49,783 nucleotides of DNA from the NCBI GenBank assembly GCA_002780285.1, contig PEVX01000019.1:1-49783 (forward strand). Reading direction: 5' to 3'. The notes below the pieces were generated by a model. The model searched no databases. It was not told where the DNA came from and saw only the letters and a program-made list of their open reading frames with translations. Origin of the DNA: Candidatus Pacearchaeota archaeon CG06_land_8_20_14_3_00_35_12 (GTDB taxonomy: Archaea > Nanobdellota > Nanobdellia > Pacearchaeales > PEVX01). Of the stretch, positions 35,083-43,007 are shown in pieces. How positions within the stretch are numbered: position 1 is the stretch's first letter; each line of letters begins with the position of its first letter. The position numbers and the translations under genes were made by a program.

Positions 35083-35949
35083 TTAAGCAGCAGGAGTTGT
35101 CGTTGGAGTTATCGTGCTTGAAACAAGATGCGTCGCAAGCTTCAAATATTCCACGCATCCTTTTCCAACTCCGCCTGTCTCACTTGTACATGAAATATTA
35201 GCATAATTTGGCAGAACTTTTTCCTGTATTGAGGAATTAAAAAAACAAAAAGGATTAATATGCAGGCTTGCTTTGCCTCCGAACACTGGATAGGCATAAA
35301 CCACAATAGCTTGTTTTTTTGTTGTTTCCCATGAATTTTGACATATTTGCGCATCTGTTAATGTTCCAGTAGCCAAAGATTCAATCACTTCAAAATGAAG
35401 ATGATCTTTTTGGACGAATGCAATTGTATCTCCTGCTTTTACAGGTTGTTTTTCTTTCACTTTGATTTTCAGTCCATCCAGATGAATATATCTTGTCCAA
35501 AAACCACCATGAGAGATTAAAACAATTCCGCCACTGTCTGTAAATGGATCAACATCCTCAACTGTTCCATCAGCTGCTGCAAAAACTGCTCTTCCTTTAG
35601 GAGCAGGAATATCTAGCCCCGCATGGCATCTGCTTGAATCATCTTTTGTAGTTTTTGTTTTGGAGGGAACAGTCTGTCGCAAAGCAAAACATGAACTAAT
35701 ATAAAGAGTAGGTGAATCAACAGGCCATAACAAACTGCCACTGATTCTTTCTCCTGTTGATCCTATTGGCAAATTTTCTGGGGAGATTAACTGATAATTC
35801 GCCGGCTCTTTGCTGTAGGTGTCTCCGCCAAGGTTGTTAATAAGATCTGAAAGATAGGGCTTTGCTTGCCATATGGCCCAAATAGTTATCGATATGACTG
35901 CCAATACAATAATTATTGTAGCAATTGTTGCTATGCCTTCTTCTGCCAT
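35083..35949 (-). CDS. M23/LytM-family peptidoglycan endopeptidase with N-terminal membrane anchor
   Basis: HxxxD (CHAGLDIPAP), GRAVFAAADGTVEDV, GGIVLISHGGFWTRYIHLDGLKIKVKEKQPVKAGDTIAF, HxH (DHLHFEV). N-terminal helix IATIATIIIVLAVISITIWAIW. Confidence 0.8.
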   Translation of the reverse strand: MAEEGIATIATIIIVLAVISITIWAIWQAKPYLSDLINNLGGDTYSKEPANYQLISPENLPIGSTGERISGSLLWPVDSPTLYISSCFALRQTVPSKTKTTKDDSSRCHAGLDIPAPKGRAVFAAADGTVEDVDPFTDSGGIVLISHGGFWTRYIHLDGLKIKVKEKQPVKAGDTIAFVQKDHLHFEVIESLATGTLTDAQICQNSWETTKKQAIVVYAYPVFGGKASLHINPFCFFNSSIQEKVLPNYANISCTSETGGVGKGCVEYLKLATHLVSSTITPTTTPAA

Positions 35950-35966
35950 TTTATTTTAAATTAAGT

Positions 35967-36131
35967 TTACTTCCCAAATCTCAAAAAATCAGCGAATTTG
36001 TCAATAATGTTAAATCCCTTAACTCTTGCAAGATAAATAAACCAAATCATCAGCGCAAGAACTGCAAGAACAATAATCCATAATGCAATCTCATTCCATG
36101 CAAGCTGCCCTCTTTTATTCTTTATTTTCAT
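35967..36131 (-). CDS. 54-aa pilin with class III signal peptide (below track cutoff); candidate major pilin
   Basis: Manual translation gives MKIKNKRG|QLAWNEIALWIIVLAVLALMIWFIYLARVKGFNIIDKFADFLRFGK. Open from ATG 36131 to TAA 35969-35967, immediately downstream of the platform gene. Confidence 0.6.
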   Translation of the reverse strand: MKIKNKRGQLAWNEIALWIIVLAVLALMIWFIYLARVKGFNIIDKFADFLRFGK

Positions 36132-36162
36132 TTTGTTTTAACAGATTATCTGAATTTAAATT

Positions 36163-38310
36163 TTATGCAACTGCAGCAGAAACAGCAATTCCTGCGAGAA
36201 CAGTCAAAGCAACAATCGCAATCAAAGATATCACAATATATAATCCGATTCCTGTATAGAGATTTTTTGAAATTTCATAATCTTCTCCGAGTTCATCAAC
36301 TCCTGATTCCACAGATACTAAAGTTCTTGTCAATATGAAAATTATTTCAATAATATAAACTCCAACAGCAAGCTGCAGCCAATAAGGTGGAATCATTTTG
36401 CTTATGTCCATAATCTGAGTAATATTTGATACACTTCCAATTCCTGCGAACTGAGCCTCTCCTGAAACCTCTCCTGTTACAAACATTGTCTGCAGTTTGT
36501 TCACAATAGTAGTTATCATTGACGCAAGCCCAACAACAATTCCTGCAAGCACAGGCGCAAGGAATGTCATGTTTGACTTCATTCCAGACACTACATCTGC
36601 TAGCAAATCTCTCAATCTTTCATTTACTTTATGAATATTTTTTACATACTCGCTTATTGACATTAACGCACGAGCTGCAACCTGCAGCCCTTTTTTTACA
36701 GATTCTACAAGAATCTGCATGCTTGTTCTTATCAATGATGATGGAAAATAAATTATTGCGCCTCTTTGCTTGTTGAATATTGATTCTTCTACAGACATTC
36801 CTGTGCTTTGTATATTCGCATTCACTAATGAAAAAAATCTGGCTGTTGGCGTGCCTCTTAATGAGCTTGCGACTCTGCCAAATGCAATTTCAGCAGGCAA
36901 TCCATCACCTAAACGGTTTCCCAATTGGAACAAAGATGATGCAAATTCTGTTTCTAGCATTTTTGTCTGCTCTCGAGTTTTAATTAATTTTTTTGTTTTG
37001 GATCTGTACGCAATCGCAAAGAAAAGCGCGATAGATATTGGAATGAACAGGCTTAATAGCAAAGCCATAGGGCCGAAAGGGCCTGCTGTAACTCCTGAAA
37101 TTGTCTTGTAATCAAAAAATTTCATGTCTTGCAGGAAAGTAATTCCAAATTGCGCAAAAGAATAATCTTTTTTTATAAACAATGGAATTAAACCTATAAT
37201 AAAAAAAGGAATTGCAATGAAAAAGGCTTTTACATAATGTGATTTGCTTTTGTAATGTCCGTAATCTGGATTTAGTTCAAGCATTTCTGTTTCACCATAT
37301 CCGCCTGGGCGTTTTGCAAGAGCGCTAGAAGTAAGATAAAAAACAAAAAATGGAATAAGAATATTAAAAAGAAGAATGACATGCCACCATTTTATCGCGC
37401 CTTGAAGCAAAACAGATGCCAAAGGAAGCAAAGCAATTGCAAGTGTAGGCAAAACAATTCCAAGCATATAGATATTTGTCAGCGGATTTTTTACATCGTG
37501 GGCATAATGAAGCATTTTTTCATAAACTCCGTCAAGAATGACTGTTAGAGATTTTTCAAGAATCAGTATTCTATTCTCGTCGCTTGGCTCATAAAGGCTT
37601 GATTCAATCAAATGAAAAGCTTCTACGAATTCAATGCTGTAGTCTCTCCATGTTTCAAGATAAGCATCAAGAGCATCTTTTACAGTAGAATATTTTCCTG
37701 TTTCAACATTCCAAAATATCTTTTTTAAATCAAGTGCGAGCGGAGGCTGCAAATGCTGAGAAGCAAATTTAATTGCAAGCTCTAAATTTGAAGAATGACG
37801 CATGTGAATTACAATATAAAGAATGCAGGGCACCATTTGTGAGCTTGCCTTCAGTCTCCATCTCTGGGCAAACCTGGCCGGCAGATTGTAAGTGTAATAA
37901 TAAACAAAAACACAGATGACAAGCATCAGAAAAACAGCCAATGCTGAAAAAATTCCTGTTGCAAACCATATTCCAAGTATCAAAAGCAGAGAAGACACCA
38001 ATGTTACAACCAAAGCCAAAATTGAAAAAGCTGCTGCATCGCTCGGAGTGATATCAAGATGGGCGGTCTGCAGAGATTCTGAAAATTTTTTCTCGTCTTT
38101 TTCATTTATGCGCAATTTAAATGCTTTTCCAATGTTTTTGCACAATCTTTCATAAAAAGACAAAGTTGGCTGGGTTTCTTTTTTGAATTTCATATATTCC
38201 TGAGTATATCCAGAATCTTCTGCAATATCTGTATGCACTTGCCTTTCTATCTTCGCGCCGTATCTTTCTAATATATCTGATACTCTATCATCACTTTTTT
38301 TATTTGCCAT
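36163..38310 (-). CDS. Polytopic pilus platform protein (FlaJ/TadC/PilC family, two T2SS-F-like repeats)
   Basis: 715 aa and many TM helices. Two cytoplasmic helical modules resemble T2SS-F domains (LELAIKFASQHLQPPLALDLKKIFWNVETGKYSTVKDAL... and LFQLGNRLGDGLPAEIAFGRVASSLRGTPTARFFSLVNANIQSTGMSVEESI...). Directly downstream of the ATPase. Confidence 0.7.
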   Translation of the reverse strand: MANKKSDDRVSDILERYGAKIERQVHTDIAEDSGYTQEYMKFKKETQPTLSFYERLCKNIGKAFKLRINEKDEKKFSESLQTAHLDITPSDAAAFSILALVVTLVSSLLLILGIWFATGIFSALAVFLMLVICVFVYYYTYNLPARFAQRWRLKASSQMVPCILYIVIHMRHSSNLELAIKFASQHLQPPLALDLKKIFWNVETGKYSTVKDALDAYLETWRDYSIEFVEAFHLIESSLYEPSDENRILILEKSLTVILDGVYEKMLHYAHDVKNPLTNIYMLGIVLPTLAIALLPLASVLLQGAIKWWHVILLFNILIPFFVFYLTSSALAKRPGGYGETEMLELNPDYGHYKSKSHYVKAFFIAIPFFIIGLIPLFIKKDYSFAQFGITFLQDMKFFDYKTISGVTAGPFGPMALLLSLFIPISIALFFAIAYRSKTKKLIKTREQTKMLETEFASSLFQLGNRLGDGLPAEIAFGRVASSLRGTPTARFFSLVNANIQSTGMSVEESIFNKQRGAIIYFPSSLIRTSMQILVESVKKGLQVAARALMSISEYVKNIHKVNERLRDLLADVVSGMKSNMTFLAPVLAGIVVGLASMITTIVNKLQTMFVTGEVSGEAQFAGIGSVSNITQIMDISKMIPPYWLQLAVGVYIIEIIFILTRTLVSVESGVDELGEDYEISKNLYTGIGLYIVISLIAIVALTVLAGIAVSAAVA

Positions 38311-38348
38311 TTCACCCCTTATTTATACTAATTTAATATTTTAATTTA

Positions 38349-40643
38349 TTAATCTACTCTGGCCCTTTTTATTTCATCCTTGAGCCATTTCTGCCATCTA
38401 GGCAGGACTTCCTTGCTTAAAGGAACACCAATTTCTTCGCGAATAGAAGATGATATCTGATGAAATACTGAATTTGATTTTACAACAAAAGGAGCTTCTA
38501 AAAGTTCTGGAATCTTGGCTTTAATTGAAGCATTCAACAATTCTTCTTTTATTTTTGCTCTTAATAAAATATTATCCCACAGAGCATCCCAATTTCCAGC
38601 CCAGCCTTTTACATTAGAGGCAATATCTTTCAAAACATCTGACTCTCCAACCATTAATTCATCTGTTGCTTCAAGCTCGTCTTTTTCAATATTATATGTT
38701 AGCAAATCTGCAAAACCTCTTTCTTCAAAAGGGTCTTTTGTCCAATGTTTCCTGACTTCTGTGATTTGCAGCATTCTTCTCCAAGAATGCATTCCATCGG
38801 GGCTTTTTATTGGATTTGCAACAGCGATGATGTCTGTTGCTTTGAATGAAGTTACTGGAACATTCAAATCATTTACAACTCTGTCAAAAATCGCATATGG
38901 TGAAGCCCCATGAATTGTTCCTGCAACAACATTTGCCAATGCTCCTACTCTCATTGCTTCGTATAAAGCACGAGCTTCTTCACTTCTAACCTCTCCAACA
39001 ATCAAACATGAATCACCCAAACGCAGAGATGTTCTGATTCCTTCATCAGCTGGAACCTCTGTTGTTGCTTTCAACAATGCTGCTCTGACTTTCATTCTCA
39101 CGATATCATAATTTAATTTTCTAATTGCTTCTACAGGAAGTTCTAAAGTATCTTCAACAGTTATTATGCGATATTTTGGCATTATTTCAAGCATAAGGCT
39201 TCCAAGCAATGATGTTTTTCCAGAACTTCTTGTTCCTGCAATCAACATTGTTCTTGAACCATCTACTAAAAAACTCAGCAGTCCTGCCGCGAGAGGATTT
39301 ATCATTCTTTGTTTTATGAATAATGGAAGAGTCCATGGCTTATCACGATGTCTTCTAATAGCATATGCCAATCCGTCGGGTGCAAGTGGCTGCTGCATTA
39401 CTGCAATTCTTGCCCTTACCCTAGATAAAATTAAATCCGTATCGAGAACAGGATTTGCTTCATCCAAAGGACGTCCAGAAATCATTCTGAATTTTGCGGC
39501 CCATCCATCAACATCCTGAATGCTTGAGATTATATTTGTAGAACACTCATCAAAATCCTGATGCCTTACAAAAATTGGGGTTTGTCCCACTGGAGAATTT
39601 ATTACTATGTCCTGCAGTCTCTCATCTTGCAGAAGAACTTCAATCAAACCAAAGCCAATGGTATGTCGCACTAAAATTGTTGCAAGTCTTGTTAATTGTT
39701 TATATGTTAAAGTTTTTTTCTTGCTCTCACTCAATTCTGTCAGTAAATCTCTGGATATATTGAAAAAAACATTTCTTATTCTTTCAGGATCTGTAAATTC
39801 TTCTGCTTTTGGCTGATGTTCTGTTAAAACCTCTCTGGCGAGATTCAATAAGGTCGCCTCATCATCTGAAAGTACAAATTCTTGAGGAATCAAATGATAA
39901 ATTGGAACAATGCTGTTAGGAACTTTGAAAATAGTGACTGTGCTTTTATCAACTCCTTCTCCAATGACATATTCATCAAGAAGTTGAGCTTCTGGAGGAA
40001 TTGAAGCCATCAATCTTGTAAATGTAAAATTAGGAACAGATATCGGTCTGAACAATTTCTTATACAGTTCGCGATTTCCTACATGCAAACCTTCAATTTC
40101 CTGCATTACAGACTTCAAAATTCTTGTTTCTGCAAGCATAGACGCAATTTTTTCAAGAAGTCTAATATAGCGAGTCTCGCAAGAGGCACACTCATCAGGC
40201 ATTTTCTCTGCATTTATCCGTTCATCACGCAATAATCTCTTTGTTTCAACATAACAGCCAATAGGGTCTTGTTTCAACAAAAGCAAAACAAGATATCTCA
40301 GAGAATCATATCTTTGAGGCAGGCATCGCTGGCATTCTAATGTTAATTCTGAAACAGAAAGAACTTTTTCCTGCTTCAGGAGATAATTATAAAGCTGGGC
40401 AATTTCAAAAAGCATAGAAATCTGCTGCAGGTCATATGAATAATTTTGATTATGCTGCACAAAAACAATCCTTGAAACAGTTGGGGATTCAAGCAAAGCG
40501 TCGACAGTGCGGGCCATGCATACTGCTGAATCTGCAAGAGATGGAACAAATGGGGCACCAATGTAATTGATATACATAACTTCCTGCCCGGCTTCACGGA
40601 TTATTTCATAATTATAGATGGCAGTTTCTGGTTTGAAGATCAT
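38349..40643 (-). CDS. Type IV pilus/archaellum-type secretion ATPase (FlaI/PilB/GspE/VirB11 superfamily) with a long N-terminal region
   Basis: Walker A AGTRSSGKTSLL, Asp box IITVEDTLELP, Walker B CLIVGEVRSEEARALYEAMRVG, His box VAGTIHGASP. About 450 aa precede the ATPase core. Confidence 0.85.
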   Translation of the reverse strand: MIFKPETAIYNYEIIREAGQEVMYINYIGAPFVPSLADSAVCMARTVDALLESPTVSRIVFVQHNQNYSYDLQQISMLFEIAQLYNYLLKQEKVLSVSELTLECQRCLPQRYDSLRYLVLLLLKQDPIGCYVETKRLLRDERINAEKMPDECASCETRYIRLLEKIASMLAETRILKSVMQEIEGLHVGNRELYKKLFRPISVPNFTFTRLMASIPPEAQLLDEYVIGEGVDKSTVTIFKVPNSIVPIYHLIPQEFVLSDDEATLLNLAREVLTEHQPKAEEFTDPERIRNVFFNISRDLLTELSESKKKTLTYKQLTRLATILVRHTIGFGLIEVLLQDERLQDIVINSPVGQTPIFVRHQDFDECSTNIISSIQDVDGWAAKFRMISGRPLDEANPVLDTDLILSRVRARIAVMQQPLAPDGLAYAIRRHRDKPWTLPLFIKQRMINPLAAGLLSFLVDGSRTMLIAGTRSSGKTSLLGSLMLEIMPKYRIITVEDTLELPVEAIRKLNYDIVRMKVRAALLKATTEVPADEGIRTSLRLGDSCLIVGEVRSEEARALYEAMRVGALANVVAGTIHGASPYAIFDRVVNDLNVPVTSFKATDIIAVANPIKSPDGMHSWRRMLQITEVRKHWTKDPFEERGFADLLTYNIEKDELEATDELMVGESDVLKDIASNVKGWAGNWDALWDNILLRAKIKEELLNASIKAKIPELLEAPFVVKSNSVFHQISSSIREEIGVPLSKEVLPRWQKWLKDEIKRARVD

Positions 40644-40787
40644 TTTCTCTTTTTTGCTCTTTTTGCAGGGGCAAGTAGAAAAAGAAAAATTTGATTAAAT
40701 AGTTTTCGTTTTTCTTTATTCATTGGAAGAGCAAATATTTTAAACCTATTTTTCTTCTTAAAGTAAGAATATAAACAAGAGGTGAAA
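40644..40787. promoter_or_regulatory. Divergent intergenic region between the pilus operon and the coiled-coil genes (putative promoters, SD)
   Basis: AT-rich 144 nt. TATA-like aatattttaaac lies about 45-55 nt upstream of the plus-strand ATG. GAGGTGA at 40779-40785 lies 2 nt before the ATG at 40788. No experimental support. Confidence 0.3.
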
Positions 40788-41189
40788 ATGGCTGAAGAAG
40801 TTGCTTCTACTGCAGATTTTGCTTACATTGTAAACGCAAAACTAAATGGTGTTGAGGAAAAAACAGATATGCTTAGAGAAAAGATTCTTGCTCTTGATGA
40901 GACTTTTTTCGCTCAGGAAGAAAAGTTTAATAAAGAAATAAATTTAATCAAAGAAGATATAAAACAAATAAAAGAGGAGCTTTTGAGCGTTTCCGAAGGG
41001 CTTCAAGGCATTTTAAGAGAAATAACCAATCTCTCGCGCAAGGAAGAAGTCCGCGCAATTGAAAGGATGGTAAAAATGTGGGAGCCTCTTAAATTTGTCA
41101 AAGCTGATGAAGTAAAAGAAATGATAGAAGAAGCATTGGAAAAAAATAAACCTGAGGAAAAAAATATTCAGCATACACATATTGGTTAA
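40788..41189 (+). CDS. Coiled-coil protein, unknown function
   Basis: The ATG at 40788 follows GAGGTGA (the track start is GTG at 40782). Heptad-like, E/K-rich sequence (LREKILALDETFFAQEEKFNKEINLIKEDIKQIKEELLSV). Confidence 0.5.
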   Translation: MAEEVASTADFAYIVNAKLNGVEEKTDMLREKILALDETFFAQEEKFNKEINLIKEDIKQIKEELLSVSEGLQGILREITNLSRKEEVRAIERMVKMWEPLKFVKADEVKEMIEEALEKNKPEEKNIQHTHIG

Positions 41190-41201
41190 AACAAATGAAA
41201 A

Positions 41202-41867
41202 ATGGCAAATCAGAGTTTAATTGATTATATTGTTGGAATGCAGGCTGCGGGCATGAGCGACAGCGAAATAATTTCCAGGCTCAAAGATGAGGGCTATACT
41301 GCAAAAGACATTAATGATTCATTAAATCAATCAAAAGTTAAGATGGCAATTTCAGCAGGAGGACAAGAGGAAGAAGAGATGCAGCCTTCAATAACAGAGC
41401 AAGAAATACCAGTTCCATCTCCTCAGGCACAACCAATGCCGAGAGAAAGAAAAGCTCAAGTACAGCAACCACAATATGAAGAAGCATATCCAACATATCA
41501 ATATCCAGAAGCACAGGCAATGCCCGCCGCACCACCTCAAAAAGCAGATACAGAATATATTCAGGAAATTACAGAAGAAATAATAAATGAAAAATGGAGG
41601 GATTTTAGGAAAAAAATAGGCCCAATAGAAGAGTTCAAATCAGATGTTGAAAAAAGAATAGCTGTTGTTGAGGATAAGATTATAAAAATTGAAGAGATGA
41701 TGGATAAAATGCAAATAAGCATTCTTGGAAAAATTCAGGAATACGGAAGAAGTATTGAATCTGTAGGTTCAGAAGTTAGGGCGATTGAAGGCAATATCAG
41801 CAGGATGATAAGCCCTCTTGTTTCAAATATTAAAGAATTAAAAAAAGAAAAGCCAAAAAAAGCTTAG
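41202..41867 (+). CDS. Three-part protein: small N-terminal helical domain, Pro/Gln-rich linker, C-terminal coiled coil
   Basis: MANQSLIDYIVGMQAAGMSDSEIISRLKDEGYTAKDINDSL, then QPSITEQEIPVPSPQAQPMPRERKAQVQQPQYEEAYPTYQYPEAQAMPAAPPQ, then a coiled coil. Confidence 0.5.
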   Translation: MANQSLIDYIVGMQAAGMSDSEIISRLKDEGYTAKDINDSLNQSKVKMAISAGGQEEEEMQPSITEQEIPVPSPQAQPMPRERKAQVQQPQYEEAYPTYQYPEAQAMPAAPPQKADTEYIQEITEEIINEKWRDFRKKIGPIEEFKSDVEKRIAVVEDKIIKIEEMMDKMQISILGKIQEYGRSIESVGSEVRAIEGNISRMISPLVSNIKELKKEKPKKA

Positions 41868-41892
41868 ACATTCTAAATATTTTATTTTGTTT

Positions 41893-42402
41893 CTATTTTG
41901 ACTTAATTAGTATCCAGGTTACAATCATTGCAAGAACTAAAAGCAATAGTGTTCCAAAAACACTCGGATAAAAAACAACATCCTTCAAAGTTATTAAAAA
42001 AGGAACTCCTCCTGTTGCGGTTCTGCCTGGAAGATATGGCCTCAAAACAGGTCCTAAGACCTGAGATGCAGAAATTACAAAAGTTATAAGTAACAAAGCA
42101 AAGAACGTCCATGCGAGACCGGGATTCATGACTGCTTCAAGCTTTCCTGCGGTAAATCCTCCGAGAAGCAGTAGAAAAAATATTGTGACTAAAAAGACTA
42201 CAAACCACGGAGTTATTAAAGCAACATATTTTTGAGCTGCAGGAACAATTACGAAAAGCAAGGCAATAATAAAACTTGCAATTACCTGTAATGCTTCATT
42301 TGAACCGAGAAGCAAAGTCCTCTTAAAAATTGTATAAACTAGTATGAAAACAAGTATGAAAACCGCTACAGGTACAATATAGCTCATTAATGTCAATACC
42401 AT
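41893..42402 (-). CDS. Membrane protein, paralog 3 of a tandem family
   Basis: IVPVAVFILVFILVYTIFKRTLLLGSNEALQVIASFIIALLFV aligns with the N-terminal regions of 42437-42982 and 43185-43712. Confidence 0.55.
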   Translation of the reverse strand: MVLTLMSYIVPVAVFILVFILVYTIFKRTLLLGSNEALQVIASFIIALLFVIVPAAQKYVALITPWFVVFLVTIFFLLLLGGFTAGKLEAVMNPGLAWTFFALLLITFVISASQVLGPVLRPYLPGRTATGGVPFLITLKDVVFYPSVFGTLLLLVLAMIVTWILIKSK

Positions 42403-42436
42403 TAAAAATTTAAAAGGAAAGAGTATTTAATTTTTA

Positions 42437-42982
42437 CTAAACTTCTTTTTGCAAGAAATGTCCAATTTTGTCAACCCAATTCGTCTCTTTCTTTGGAAAG
42501 ACGGCAATAAGAAGCAGGGCAATCACTACATAGAGAAGAAGCATTTGAGGTGAAAGCAAGAATGCCTGAATATCAAAACCTGCTGCAGGAACATAGTCTT
42601 TCATTACATTTGTAACAATTATTGAAAAAATTACTATTGCTGTTGTTATGAAAATAAGCATAAACCACATCTTGTTTTTCTCTGGATTCAAAACAAATCC
42701 AAACAAGATTAACAATACCAAAAGAATTGAAACGCCAATAGCCATATTGGAAAAAAGTTTTGAGGTTACAGCTATCGCTTGCGGACTTCTGATTGTGAAA
42801 AAAGAAAGAACTATCGCGATTACTGCATTTAATCCCTGCCGGTTCTTCCCAAAAATTCCTGCTTTATCGAGAATGCCATAGAATACAAGAAAAAAAAGCA
42901 TGAAAGGCATTATTACATTGAAAACGCCCATTGATTCCCATTGAACCAAAACTTCCTCAAATGAAAAAAATCCTACTGCCAT
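42437..42982 (-). CDS. Membrane protein, paralog 2 of a tandem family
   Basis: IMPFMLFFLVFYGILDKAGIFGKNRQGLNAVIAIVLSFF, compared with ILPFLLIFTVVYAILEKSEILGKGKRQINAIVSLVIGLI in the upstream gene. Confidence 0.55.
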   Translation of the reverse strand: MAVGFFSFEEVLVQWESMGVFNVIMPFMLFFLVFYGILDKAGIFGKNRQGLNAVIAIVLSFFTIRSPQAIAVTSKLFSNMAIGVSILLVLLILFGFVLNPEKNKMWFMLIFITTAIVIFSIIVTNVMKDYVPAAGFDIQAFLLSPQMLLLYVVIALLLIAVFPKKETNWVDKIGHFLQKEV

Positions 42983-43007
42983 TTTATTTTTAATTTAAAT
43001 TATTTAA

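Noticed and set aside
33393-35949. Murein hydrolases taken as evidence that the contig is bacterial or chimeric
   Set aside because: Archaeal-specific genes flank the locus on both sides: RadA, RPA, aEF-1beta and tRNAs upstream, Hef downstream. The hydrolase genes share the AT-rich composition, the class III signal style, and the tight junctions of their neighbours. Chimerism still needs to be excluded with read data.
33285-40643. The ATPase and platform locus interpreted as an archaellum (motility) operon
   Set aside because: I could find no FlaH-like KaiC-type ATPase, no FlaF/FlaG/FlaC-E-like genes, and no archaellin-sized (about 200-aa) subunits. The subunits are very short pilins and the operon carries hydrolases. 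An adhesion or secretion-type pilus fits better, though only HMM searches can settle it.
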